43,433 bases of DNA from Candidatus Magasanikiibacteriota bacterium (GCA_021648085.1 JAKITS010000001.1:1-43433), one strand, 5' to 3'. Counted from the stretch's first letter, positions 1 to 8,856 are shown. Numbers and translations are program-made. Notes: generated from the letters alone by a model not told the origin.

Positions 1-219
1 TATTATTCTTTTTAGCCAAACTCTTCAAACGATTAAATATCATTCCTGGGTAAACTAGCTTTTCTTTAAATTCAGATACAGCTTTTTCTAATTCAGCTTT
101 AAGTTTTTTAGCATTATCAAGATCACCAGTTTCAACAGCTTTTTCAAATTCCAAAACAAAAGCATCTTTAAGAGTGGTCAATCTTTTATACTCCTCTTTA
201 ATTTGAACACATTTTGACA
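1..219 (-). CDS. N-terminal part of a second paralog of the 40-aa-repeat protein (runs off the window)
   Basis: Minus-strand reading frame is open to the window edge, with ATG at 217-219. Nt 1-225 align gaplessly to 864-1088 with one mismatch inside the coding part, so it encodes the same N-terminus (MSKCVQIKEEYKRL...). It starts 10 nt after the stop of the 229..1083 gene. Confidence 0.7.
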
Positions 220-225
220 TAGGCT
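1..225. repeat. Near-identical direct duplicate of 864..1088 (5' ends of the tandem paralogs)
   Basis: Direct comparison of the two stretches: the only mismatch inside the coding part is a/g at 147 versus 1010. Similarity decays just beyond the start codons. Confidence 0.9.
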
Positions 226-228
226 TAT

Positions 229-1083
229 CTAATCCTTTTCATTAATTTTATCATAAAAAACATAATCTTTACCATCAAAAATGAATGGTTTCAATTTACC
301 ATCAACCCCCACATGCCCAGCCAAATCACCATTTGGTTGAGTGTGAATATCTTTTACATAATCAAACTCCTTCCTACCAATCCTACCAATAACCTTATCA
401 CCAACAAAAGGTTTCCATTTACGACCAATCTTCACACGCCCAGCCAAATCACCATTTGGTTGAGTGTGAATATCTTCTACACCATCAAACTCCTTCCCAC
501 CAATCCTATCAATAATCCTATCACCAACAAAAAGTTTCAATTTACCATCAACCCACACACTCCCAACCAAATCACCATTTGGTTGAGTGTGAATATCTTC
601 TACACTATCAAACTCCTTCCCACCAATCCTATCAATAATCTTATCACCAACAAAAAGTTTCCATTTACCATCAACCCTCACACTCCCAGCCAAATCACCA
701 TTTGGTTGGGTGTGAATATCTTCTACATCATCAAACTCTTTCCCACCAATCCTATCAATAATCTTATCACCAACAAAAGGTTTCCATTCACCATCAACCC
801 CCACACCCCCAGCCAAATCACCATTTGGTTGAGTGTGAATATTATTAGAATCTTGAATCTCAATATTATTCTTTTTAGCCAAACTCTTCAAACGATTAAA
901 TATCATTCCTGGGTAAACTAGCTTTTCTTTAAATTCAGATACAGCTTTTTCTAATTCAGCTTTAAGTTTTTTAGCATTATCAAGATCACCAGTTTCAACA
1001 GCTTTTTCAGATTCCAAAACAAAAGCATCTTTAAGAGTGGTCAATCTTTTATACTCCTCTTTAATTTGAACACATTTTGACAT
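229..1083 (-). CDS. Protein with a K/E-rich helical N-terminus and tandem 40-aa repeats (tentatively WG/KWG-like beta-repeat)
   Basis: 284-aa ORF with 4 full and 1 partial repeat of IHTQPNGDLAGxVxVDGKWKxFVGDKIIDRIGGKEFDxVED. Its ATG lies 4 nt after the stop of the upstream 892-aa gene, consistent with an operon. Confidence 0.75.
   Translation of the reverse strand: MSKCVQIKEEYKRLTTLKDAFVLESEKAVETGDLDNAKKLKAELEKAVSEFKEKLVYPGMIFNRLKSLAKKNNIEIQDSNNIHTQPNGDLAGGVGVDGEWKPFVGDKIIDRIGGKEFDDVEDIHTQPNGDLAGSVRVDGKWKLFVGDKIIDRIGGKEFDSVEDIHTQPNGDLVGSVWVDGKLKLFVGDRIIDRIGGKEFDGVEDIHTQPNGDLAGRVKIGRKWKPFVGDKVIGRIGRKEFDYVKDIHTQPNGDLAGHVGVDGKLKPFIFDGKDYVFYDKINEKD
262..840. repeat. In-frame 120-bp tandem repeat array (about 4.5 units)
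   Basis: The string ccatttggttgagtgtgaatatc recurs at 329, 449, 569, 689 (one substitution) and 809, an exact 120-bp period. Confidence 0.9.
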
Positions 1084-1088
1084 AGGTT
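864..1088. repeat. Direct duplicate of 1..225
   Basis: See feature 1..225. Confidence 0.9.
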
Positions 1089-3766
1089 TATTTAAATTTA
1101 TGCAAAGAATTATCTATTATAGTCTGCACACCTTGACCTGCTTTTTTAGGAAAAAGTTTTATAATTTCGGATACTAAATATTTAGCAACAACAGCAGGTA
1201 AATCATCTACATTTTCTATCAAAGCACCATAACTATAAGGTGGGTTGTCCATTACTTCACGAACATTTTGAGCTGTTTCTGTAAGACCTATGCCAACCAC
1301 AATAGTATTTAATTTACCAAGTTTTTTGGATAGCTCTTGCATCGTTTTAGTATCATTGTTAGTATAACCACCATCCGAACAGGCAATAACAAGTCGTAGT
1401 TTAGTGTCTTTTTTATTTTTAGTAGCTTCCTCGCTTTCACTTTTAATTTGCTCATAAACATATGCGAGTGCTGCTACATCACCATTACCACCACCAACAT
1501 TTGTTAAACTATGCCAAAGTTTCACTTTATCTTTTGAAGAAAATTCTGAAGAAAGTTGTTTGTCTAGATCTATTTCGTCTGGACCACTTCCACGAAAAGA
1601 AACTCCTTGTGTACGAACTGAAAGTGCATTTTTTTCTTGAAGGCTTGCGCGTTTTAAATTTCTGTGAAAACGATACAAAGAGGAAAAAATAAGATATTCT
1701 GCCTGTCTTTGCATCTTCCAAAGTGGTTTTCCGTCGACAGTACTGTGCATAGAACCAGATTTATCAGCAATTATATACAAATCAAACCCTCCTATAAATT
1801 CTTTTTCTTCTGTCTTTTCTTTTGGTTTTTCTCTAGATGCAGGGTCAGTTTCTCTTGCACGCACACCAATTGAGTGTCGAACTATATCTTCTATAGCTTC
1901 TCCTCCTTCTCGTCGTCTAACGGGTCCTTCATAGCCTGATACCAGTGTTTTGCGTGATTCTACTATTGTATTAAATAGGCGAGATAGAGCGTCGACAATT
2001 TTTTCACCATTTGGAAGTCTTGTGTTTTCTGCTTCGTGTATTTCTTTAACTATTTGCCGTGCTTCTTTGTGCTCTATACCTGCGTGTTCAGCTAGTTCAC
2101 GCTCTTCTTTTGTATAACTTAATTTTTCTGTATGTTCTTTTAGTTTTTCACGCAATTTTTCTAACTCTTCATTTGTTGGTCCAACAGCTTCTTGTTCGCC
2201 ATAATCTCCCGGAATGTTATCACTACTTTCTTCTTCTTCTTCGTTCTCTTCCAATTGACTATCTCCTGGAGGTGTTGCATCAACTCTTTTCCATTCCTTT
2301 TTCACCTCATCCCAAACTTCACTCCAACCATGTCCAGTCCCAGAATTTATATTCGATGCATTCTGCTCATCTTTGCCTTTTACACTATGACCAATGCAAT
2401 GTCTAATAGGAATATTTATTTTTGAACAAAGTGCTGCAAAATATGTATTTGCAACATCACAATCTGCTTTTTTAATTTCATCTACAGCACTAGAAAAACC
2501 TTTTTCGTGATTATTGTAAAATGAATTATAATAATCACTTTCTTCTTGGTCTTTTGGTGCAAGATAAGTAATGCGTTTTTTTACATATGAAGCAGTTGCA
2601 AAAGCTCTTGCTAAGTTTCCGCGTTTGTTTTTTTTAATATGCTCTAACTGATTATTAGTTTCTTCAGAAAACTCAGAAGGCATATTTGGCAATTTTATAT
2701 CTTCTTGTTTTGAAGTAAATCTTTTATCCAAATTTGGAGACAACACAACTGTTATATCTAATTCTTCTCCATCTCCATCAACAAAAATAATCAAATCACC
2801 ATTTTGATCTTTTTGTATTGAATAATTCTTACTTCCAGCTTCAATTTTGTGGAAACTGTGTGTATATGGGGTTGGTAAAGATGTCCACTTCCCACAAGTT
2901 ATTCGAGCACTCATTTTTAAATTTACCAATCCTTTTTTGAGATCCTCTTCTACACAAAGTGCCACCACCTCCACATCACTATAACTAGATTCACCTTCAG
3001 TCCATACATTTTTTGTATCATTCCATACTGAAAATGATCGTTCTTTGTAATATCCACCATAAGCTGGAGTAATTGACCAGATAGCGGGTACTTTTTCTCC
3101 TTCTTTTAGGCGTTCCATTGCGTCTACACCAGGTTTACTTTCGTTTTGTCTTTCTGGTGGTTTTGAGGGTGCTTTTTTTAATTGCTCTTCACGCCATTTA
3201 CGAGTATCATCATCCATAATATTACCATCTCGCTTGTCGATACTTCTTACGACAGATAAATAGTCCGTTAGTCTAGTTTTTATTCTGTTAGATTTTATTT
3301 TCCACGAAGTTTTTGGTGAAAACAAAACATCTAAATCTCCTGTTTTTAAAAGTATCTCTAGCTGTTCTGCTGTAGTTTTATGTTTTGGTGTGTAAGACTC
3401 TTCTATTAATTGGTGTGTCATAGCATTATAGAGGTCAGCTACTCTTGGAGAAAGTCGACTAAGTCCTATTTCTGTATTTTCTACGAATTCTTTTATAAGT
3501 TTGTTTTTTATTTCTTTAGAGTTCTTACTTTGTTTTATTATTGTAACTTCTTCAATAAGGGTGTGAAAAGTCCCAAATGGAGTTTGTTTGAGATCATCTC
3601 TAAAACTAACCAATGTTTCTATCTCACGATATGTTTCTAGTGTTTTTTCATAGTCATCACCATCGAGAACTTTATAATAGTCTTCGTGTAGTGCGTATTT
3701 AGGTGTAATCTCTGTTTGCTGTTCTTCTTCTGTTTGTGGGTATCGTCTTCCTTCTATTTTATTCAT
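1088..3766 (-). CDS. Transglutaminase-like cysteine protease core fused to a C-terminal von Willebrand factor A domain
   Basis: 892-aa ORF. Cys-His-Asp transglutaminase-like triad context: KKADCDVANTYFAALC, GHGWSEVW, KRVDATP (about nt 2267-2569). After an acidic linker comes a vWA domain with MIDAS-like DLYIIADKSGSM and later LVIACSDGG (about nt 1172-1789). Confidence 0.8.
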   Translation of the reverse strand: MNKIEGRRYPQTEEEQQTEITPKYALHEDYYKVLDGDDYEKTLETYREIETLVSFRDDLKQTPFGTFHTLIEEVTIIKQSKNSKEIKNKLIKEFVENTEIGLSRLSPRVADLYNAMTHQLIEESYTPKHKTTAEQLEILLKTGDLDVLFSPKTSWKIKSNRIKTRLTDYLSVVRSIDKRDGNIMDDDTRKWREEQLKKAPSKPPERQNESKPGVDAMERLKEGEKVPAIWSITPAYGGYYKERSFSVWNDTKNVWTEGESSYSDVEVVALCVEEDLKKGLVNLKMSARITCGKWTSLPTPYTHSFHKIEAGSKNYSIQKDQNGDLIIFVDGDGEELDITVVLSPNLDKRFTSKQEDIKLPNMPSEFSEETNNQLEHIKKNKRGNLARAFATASYVKKRITYLAPKDQEESDYYNSFYNNHEKGFSSAVDEIKKADCDVANTYFAALCSKINIPIRHCIGHSVKGKDEQNASNINSGTGHGWSEVWDEVKKEWKRVDATPPGDSQLEENEEEEESSDNIPGDYGEQEAVGPTNEELEKLREKLKEHTEKLSYTKEERELAEHAGIEHKEARQIVKEIHEAENTRLPNGEKIVDALSRLFNTIVESRKTLVSGYEGPVRRREGGEAIEDIVRHSIGVRARETDPASREKPKEKTEEKEFIGGFDLYIIADKSGSMHSTVDGKPLWKMQRQAEYLIFSSLYRFHRNLKRASLQEKNALSVRTQGVSFRGSGPDEIDLDKQLSSEFSSKDKVKLWHSLTNVGGGNGDVAALAYVYEQIKSESEEATKNKKDTKLRLVIACSDGGYTNNDTKTMQELSKKLGKLNTIVVGIGLTETAQNVREVMDNPPYSYGALIENVDDLPAVVAKYLVSEIIKLFPKKAGQGVQTIIDNSLHKFK

Positions 3767-3851
3767 ATAGTAAATTTTATTAAAATGTTTATTTTTATAA
3801 AGTATATAGTAAAAATAGTTTTTTTAGCAAACTTTTCATTGTTTTAAGATA

Positions 3852-3882
3852 ATAAAAAAACACCAGATTTGGTGTTTTTTTA
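3852..3882. terminator. Bidirectional intrinsic terminator hairpin (ends rnpB on the minus strand)
   Basis: aaaaaaaCACCAgattTGGTGttttttt: a stem flanked by an A-run and a T-run. Confidence 0.6.
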
Positions 3883-3884
3883 TT

Positions 3885-4492
3885 ATCTTATTCATTGCGA
3901 TAAGCCGAATTTTGTATCTGCAAAGCAGATGATGATCATTTCTCTAGGCTTGTTGTTACCAACAAGCTCAAACGAACTACCTTTTCGAATTTCGCTCAAG
4001 GCGAGAAAACGCTGTTCTTTCTCCAGATAGGGTTTGCCGCCACTGCATATCACTATGCGTGGAGTATAGTAGTATTGATTCCAAGCTTAAGCTAAGAAAT
4101 TTGTAAAACAAATTTCAGTAAAATCAACACATCTATACACTTTTCACCTTTCACCATATAAAATGGCTAGTATTGTCTCTGTGGTACTATCCCTAGCAAA
4201 CTGTTGCCAGCCTGCCGGTGGGTGTTACCCATTATCTTTTTGGAACCTTTAAATAAATAAAATGTTCGTGTGGAGTTCGGACTTTCCTCCCTATTTGTGG
4301 GATTGTCATTAAATACCATTTCTATTGAAAACTTCAAATTTTAGCTGCGACTTCAAGAAAAAATATTTCCGCAGCTAAAGATGGGCAAAGATTTTTTCTT
4401 GTTGTCTCGCTTAAAATTTAGAAATTTCAATAACGAAAGCGTATTTAATGACAATCCCAGTTAACAAGGCGATCATCTACAATAAATAAGAC
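3885..4492 (-). ncRNA. rnpB: RNase P RNA, bacterial type A-like, with an expanded P3 region
   Basis: Minus strand carries the universally conserved GGAGGAAAGUCCGAACUCCA (rc of 4271-4290) and ACAAAAUUCGGCUUAUCG (rc of 3897-3916), the two P4 strands. It also has UGGUGAAAGGUGAAAAG (rc of 4141-4157). P1 pairs CUUAUUUAUUG (rc 4480-4490) with CAAUGAAUAAG (rc 3887-3897). The region is a locally GC-richer island without an ORF. Confidence 0.85.
4299..4458. repeat. 160-nt imperfect-palindrome (rod-hairpin) module, copy A, inside rnpB
   Basis: Perfect 18-bp closing stem: 4299-4316 gggattgtcattaaatac pairs with 4441-4458. It aligns gaplessly with 14281-14440. Confidence 0.85.
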
Positions 4493-4534
4493 CTTATATT
4501 TATACCATATTTTAGTCCTTTTGTCAATAAATGA

Positions 4535-4563
4535 TTGACTTTTTTGTAAAAATAAGGTAATGT
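4535..4563 (+). promoter_or_regulatory. Sigma70-like promoter candidate for the small ORF
   Basis: TTGACT (4535-4540), 17-nt spacer, TAATGT (4558-4563). Confidence 0.4.
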
Positions 4564-4601
4564 ATTTGTGTTGTTTAATCATTATAATAAAGGAGGTTAA
4601 A

Positions 4602-4832
4602 ATGAATAAACATGAGCTCTTTTTCGAGGGTAGTAACCTTCGAAATTTTAATGCAAAAAAAAATGAGAAAATTACTCTCACTTTGGCCGGGCACGGTCAA
4701 AGTGTTGTAGTTAGGTTTATTGTTAGATTACCAAACAATACAGGAATAATAGTTTTTTTTGAAGGTAAAAATATGAAATTAATTTGGAGTGAAATCACAA
4801 AAATTACAAAAACGGTAAAATTTAAAAGTTAA
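4602..4832 (+). CDS. Small hypothetical protein (76 aa)
   Basis: ATG at 4602 is preceded by aaAGGAGGttaaa. A terminator hairpin follows directly. The longer ORF from 4560 would overlap the putative promoter. Confidence 0.6.
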   Translation: MNKHELFFEGSNLRNFNAKKNEKITLTLAGHGQSVVVRFIVRLPNNTGIIVFFEGKNMKLIWSEITKITKTVKFKS

Positions 4833-4837
4833 GTTTT

Positions 4838-4864
4838 AAAGCGGAGTAAAATCCGCTTTTTTTG
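4838..4864 (+). terminator. Intrinsic terminator
   Basis: aaaGCGGAgtaaaaTCCGCttttttt. Confidence 0.7.
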
Positions 4865-4915
4865 TTCTTAAAATAAAAGAAGTGTATAATGTGTTTACTT
4901 AACAAAAAAATTATT

Positions 4916-5671
4916 ATGGATTTTGGTTTAATTATCTCTGCTTTTGTTGCAGGTTTACTTACTTTTTTTGCGCCGTGTACATTTCCACTTGTTCCTGCTT
5001 ATCTGGGTTTTATAAGTGGTGTTTCTGTAAAAGACATAAATAGTGAAAAAGAAAGAGAAAATGTAAGAAAGAAAATTTTTATAAACGGAGTTTTTTATGT
5101 TTTGGGGTTTTCTTTTATTTTTATACTTTTTGGAGTTTTGTTTGGGTTTTTAGGTTCAATACTTTCAGCTTATCAAACTTGGTTAAATAGGGTGGGTGCA
5201 CTTTTTATAATATTTTTTGGACTTTATTTGGTTGGATTATTTAAAATACCTTTTTTGCAAAAAGAAAAAAGATTAAATTTTACAAACAAGATAAAACCTG
5301 GAAAACCGCTAAGTTCTTTTATTTTTGGAATGAGTTTTGCTGTTGGGTGGACACCTTGCATAGGTCCTATTTTAGGAAGTATTTTTATTTTAGCTTCATC
5401 TTCTGGAACTGTTTTGCAAGGAACTTTCTTGCTTTTTGTTTTTGCTTTTGGATTGGCATTACCTCATTTGTTTATAGCCCTCAGTGTTGGGCATGCTACA
5501 AATTATGTTAGAAAATTATCAAAGTATTTAAATATAATTTCAATTGTTGGTGGTGTATTTTTGGTTTTTATTGGTATATTACTTATTACAAATAGTTTTG
5601 CTATTTGGACTACCTATTTTTTTAAACTATTCAATTTTATAGACTATGATAAATTGTTAAATTATCTTTAA
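4916..5671 (+). CDS. ccdA: Cytochrome c biogenesis / thiol-disulfide transfer membrane protein, CcdA/DsbD-transmembrane family
   Basis: Polytopic membrane protein with the two family Cys motifs, FFAPCTFPLVP and GWTPCIGPILG. The ATG at 4889 overlaps a TATAAT box (4885-4890), so the ATG at 4916 (MDFGLII) is preferred. Confidence 0.8.
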   Translation: MDFGLIISAFVAGLLTFFAPCTFPLVPAYLGFISGVSVKDINSEKERENVRKKIFINGVFYVLGFSFIFILFGVLFGFLGSILSAYQTWLNRVGALFIIFFGLYLVGLFKIPFLQKEKRLNFTNKIKPGKPLSSFIFGMSFAVGWTPCIGPILGSIFILASSSGTVLQGTFLLFVFAFGLALPHLFIALSVGHATNYVRKLSKYLNIISIVGGVFLVFIGILLITNSFAIWTTYFFKLFNFIDYDKLLNYL

Positions 5672-5678
5672 ATCTATT

Positions 5679-6275
5679 ATGTCAAAAGAATTTTATATTT
5701 CAGTGGATATTGAAACCGCCGGAACTGTACCAGAAAAATATAGTATGCTTTCTGTTGGTGCTGTTATTGTTGGTCAAAAAGACAAGGAATTTTATAGAGA
5801 ATTAAAACCGGTTAATTTTAATTTTGAAAAAGAAGCTTTAGATGTTTGTAGAAGTTGTTTTTCCGAGGATACACAAGTGCACTTAAAAGAAATGGAGGAT
5901 AAAAAACCAAGTGATATACTTTATGCTTTGCAAGATGTGGGGCATGAACCTGGAGATGTGATGGAGGATTTTTTTTCTTGGGTAAAAGAAGTTTCACCAA
6001 AAGATGTTAGGCCATTATTTTTAGGCTATAACGCATCTTTTGACTGGCAGTTTATAAATGCGTATTTTAATAAATATGTAGGTGAAAATCCATTTCGGTA
6101 TGATCCGGTGGACATAAAAGCATATTATATGGGGAAAAATAAAATGCTTTGGACAGATATAAGTAAAAAGGCAATTCGCAGGAAATACGGTTTGAAAGAA
6201 AATCAATTACCACACAATGCACTGTTTGATGCAAAAGAACAGGCTGAAATTTTTGAAAGTATGTTAAATGAATAA
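5679..6275 (+). CDS. DEDDh-type 3'-5' exonuclease (DnaQ/epsilon-like fold)
   Basis: Exo motifs: SVDIETAG (Exo I), GYNASFDWQF (Exo II), HNALFDAKEQAE (Exo III, H-x4-D). Confidence 0.7.
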   Translation: MSKEFYISVDIETAGTVPEKYSMLSVGAVIVGQKDKEFYRELKPVNFNFEKEALDVCRSCFSEDTQVHLKEMEDKKPSDILYALQDVGHEPGDVMEDFFSWVKEVSPKDVRPLFLGYNASFDWQFINAYFNKYVGENPFRYDPVDIKAYYMGKNKMLWTDISKKAIRRKYGLKENQLPHNALFDAKEQAEIFESMLNE

Positions 6276-6419
6276 GAGAACGATGAATCTCTTACGCCTG
6301 GTGGATCAAGAAAATGGTAGACTAAGCAGGTCAAGTAAAGAAAAAAATAGAAAAGCAAAAAACCTAAATATTTCATCTTGAGAGAAGCATAATGATCTCT
6401 GTAGTTTGGAATAAAAATA

Positions 6420-6562
6420 TGTCATCCTGAGCGAAATGGAGCAAGGCGGAATGAAGTCGAAGGATCTCGCAACAGAATAACCAGAACTCTAAATATTCAT
6501 AATTCTAATGATACTTTCCCGAGATATTTCGACTCAGTTTCACCATGCTCAATATGGCATAC
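6420..6562. repeat. Family-1 palindromic intergenic element (arm - loop - inverted arm)
   Basis: Left arm GTCATCCTGAGCGAAATGGAGCAAGGCGGAATGAAGTCGAAGGATCTCG. Right arm CGAGATATTTCGACTCAGTTTCACCATGCTCAATATGGCAT is its imperfect reverse complement. Related copies lie at 18907, 21124, 22215 and 41863. Confidence 0.85.
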
Positions 6563-6574
6563 GGATTTTTTTTG

Positions 6575-6660
6575 TCATTCTCAGCTCGACTGGGAATTCA
6601 GAGTCTACAAAATAGAACAGTGATATAAACCATGGATCCTCAGTCAAGCTGAGGATGACA
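6575..6660. repeat. Family-2 palindromic intergenic element
   Basis: GTCATTCTCAGCTCGACTGGGAATTC ... GGATCCTCAGTCAAGCTGAGGATGAC form inverted arms. Related copies lie at 32838, 32977 and 42074. Confidence 0.85.
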
Positions 6661-6674
6661 GACAAAATATAAAA

Positions 6675-6698
6675 TAAAAAAACACTGAATTTCAGTGC
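6675..6698 (-). terminator. Intrinsic terminator for the 6701..6997 gene
   Basis: Minus strand reads CACTGAAaTTCAGTG followed by a T-run (the plus-strand A-run at 6675-6682). Confidence 0.6.
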
Positions 6699-6700
6699 TT

Positions 6701-6997
6701 TTACTTTTTGGGTTTAGTAGAAAAATTTTTATATAAACTCCACAATAAACAAAAAAGTAGTACAATTGAGAAAAAACAAATACCAATAATATAATGAGCT
6801 ACAACATCTTTTGTTGTAAAAATTTCCATCCAATAAATAAGAATGGGATAAAAGTAAAAAGCTAAAAGTCCACAGATAGTTAAAGTTTTATTAGTATTTC
6901 TTTCTTCTAGTTCTCTTATTTTTTCACTTAATTTTTTAACTTCATTATCTAATCGTCTTTCACTATACAAAATATCTTGGCGAGATCTTTTTCCCAT
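6701..6997 (-). CDS. Small membrane protein with a charged helical N-terminus
   Basis: 98-aa ORF with an N-terminal K/E/R-rich segment followed by two hydrophobic helices. No recognisable family. Confidence 0.5.
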   Translation of the reverse strand: MGKRSRQDILYSERRLDNEVKKLSEKIRELEERNTNKTLTICGLLAFYFYPILIYWMEIFTTKDVVAHYIIGICFFSIVLLFCLLWSLYKNFSTKPKK

Positions 6998-7073
6998 TGT
7001 TTTTTCTCCTGTTTGAAAAGAACTGAATTTAGTGTTAAATTACAGTAATAAATCAATTTTGTCAATAAAATAT

Positions 7074-7508
7074 ATGAAAGATTTTTCTTTTGGAGTGGTT
7101 CCTGTTTTTAAAGAGGGTGATAAACTCTTATTTCTTCTTATTCAACATTTGCACGAAAAAGGTGGGCATTGGGCTTTTCCAAAAGGTCATCCGGAAGTTG
7201 GTGAGACAGAAATAGAATCTGCAAAAAGAGAGTTGGAAGAAGAAACAGGTGTAAAAGATGTTAAAATTATTGAGGGTCTAGAATTTTTTGAAAAATATTC
7301 TTTTGAGCAAGATGGAATTCACATAGATAAAACTGTAAAATATTTTGTAGGAATTGCAAATAGCAAAGATGTGACGAAACAAGAAATAGAGGTCGGTGAT
7401 TATGTTTGGCTTGAATTTGAAGATGCACTAGAAAAGATTACTTTTGTGGAAGGTAAGAAAATGCTAAAAAAAGTTGGCGAAAATATTGATAAAATAAACT
7501 CACTTTAA
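7074..7508 (+). CDS. Nudix hydrolase
   Basis: Nudix box GHPEVGETEIESAKRELEEETGV (G-x5-E-x7-REUxEExGU). A GTG at 7032 is an alternative start. Confidence 0.8.
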   Translation: MKDFSFGVVPVFKEGDKLLFLLIQHLHEKGGHWAFPKGHPEVGETEIESAKRELEEETGVKDVKIIEGLEFFEKYSFEQDGIHIDKTVKYFVGIANSKDVTKQEIEVGDYVWLEFEDALEKITFVEGKKMLKKVGENIDKINSL

Positions 7509-8410
7509 AAAACAAAGAAGATGTAGCCAACAACAACGAGTAAAATTGCAGTTGTTTGTACAAATATTTCTCGACGAGTGAAGTATTCGCGGAATATTTT
7601 TGGTAAAAATTTTGTAAGAAGTAAAATAAATAAAAACATAAGTGCAAATTGTAAACCACTTAATGCCATTACAATAGTCACACTTCCAATTGCGAGTGCA
7701 TATTGAACCAAAAGGTTTGCCAAAACTCCCAAAATTTTTGTAACAATAATAAGTAGTGCAACATGTTTTTTGCCTTTTGTTTTTCGTTTTCTTTTTCTCT
7801 TTTTAAATGTTTTTAGAACTGAAGGAAAAAATAAAGTAATAATTCCAACCAAACCAGTTGTTCCGCGAGTCCAAACTATTCCTGTTAAAAATGGATAAAG
7901 CTCATAAATATATTTGGCACTAACATGCGAAAGTGCAAATAAAATCCCAGATCCTATTGCCCAAACAAAACCAATGTGAAAACCATTATGCTTGCGACTT
8001 TTTTCAAAAGATAGTAAAAATGAAGAGAAAATTAATATGCCAATTCCAAAAAGTTGAAAAGTTGAGAGCTGTTCGCTAAGTACAAAATATGAAATTATAT
8101 ATGTTGCAACAGTGATAATTCCACCAATAAAAGGGGAGATATGACTTGTCTCTCCTTTTTTGATTGCAATAAACATAAACCACAAAGCAAACCCAAAAGT
8201 GAGTCCAGAAAATAAAGCCCAAAACAGATGAACACCAAACAGGGTCTGAACTCCAAGTGGATAAAGTAGGAACACTGCCAGCAAAAAAATAGTTGAATAA
8301 AAAGTGTATACAACCGGTTTACTCACGGATTTGCTGAGAATTATTTTGTCCAAAATAAAAACAAATGCCAATAAAACATATCCAATTGTGGCGATGAGAA
8401 CTGAAAACAT
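7505..8410 (-). CDS. Polytopic membrane permease, DMT/EamA-like (tentative)
   Basis: About 10 hydrophobic helices in two halves separated by a K/R-rich loop (KKRKRKRKTKGKK). Start chosen at MFSVLIATIGY; the ORF extends to 8500. Confidence 0.5.
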   Translation of the reverse strand: MFSVLIATIGYVLLAFVFILDKIILSKSVSKPVVYTFYSTIFLLAVFLLYPLGVQTLFGVHLFWALFSGLTFGFALWFMFIAIKKGETSHISPFIGGIITVATYIISYFVLSEQLSTFQLFGIGILIFSSFLLSFEKSRKHNGFHIGFVWAIGSGILFALSHVSAKYIYELYPFLTGIVWTRGTTGLVGIITLFFPSVLKTFKKRKRKRKTKGKKHVALLIIVTKILGVLANLLVQYALAIGSVTIVMALSGLQFALMFLFILLLTKFLPKIFREYFTRREIFVQTTAILLVVVGYIFFVF

Positions 8411-8517
8411 ATTTTTATTTGTTATGTTGATTTTATTATAGCAAAATATAGTATATGAAAGAAATTTAATTTTTTTGGTATACTTATTGAGAGCCATCAA
8501 AAATATAGGAGGGAACT

Positions 8518-8853
8518 ATGGGTATGGTAAAAAGAAAAGAAGCTCTTTTGATAAGTATTAGAATTAGTTTTTACCAAGGTGAAGACGAAGCTGGGCATGT
8601 TTATTTGTACATTATGACAAACGATTTAAATAAAAGACCTTTTGGTTTTATTGAAGATTTGTTTGTTGAAAATTGGGCTCGTGGATTAGGTTGTGGAAAA
8701 AAACTTATGGAAGAATTGGAAAAAGAAGCGGAAAAAAAAGATTGTTATAAAATTGTGGGCTGTTTTCGAAATTCTAAAACAGGTTTGATAAAATTTTATA
8801 AATCACTTGGTTATGATTGTGAATATGGTCGTGAGTTTAGAAAAGATTTATAA
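8518..8853 (+). CDS. Short GNAT-family N-acetyltransferase
   Basis: Strong SD (tAGGAGGGaact) before the ATG. Acetyl-CoA-binding-like segment VENWARGLGCGKKLMEELEKEA. Confidence 0.65.
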   Translation: MGMVKRKEALLISIRISFYQGEDEAGHVYLYIMTNDLNKRPFGFIEDLFVENWARGLGCGKKLMEELEKEAEKKDCYKIVGCFRNSKTGLIKFYKSLGYDCEYGREFRKDL

Positions 8854-8856
8854 AAT

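Noticed and set aside
313-921. 202-aa plus-strand ORF with its own internal repeats
   Set aside because: It is the antisense reading of the 120-bp repeat array. Its periodicity merely mirrors the minus-strand gene, which has the operon context and a sensible composition.
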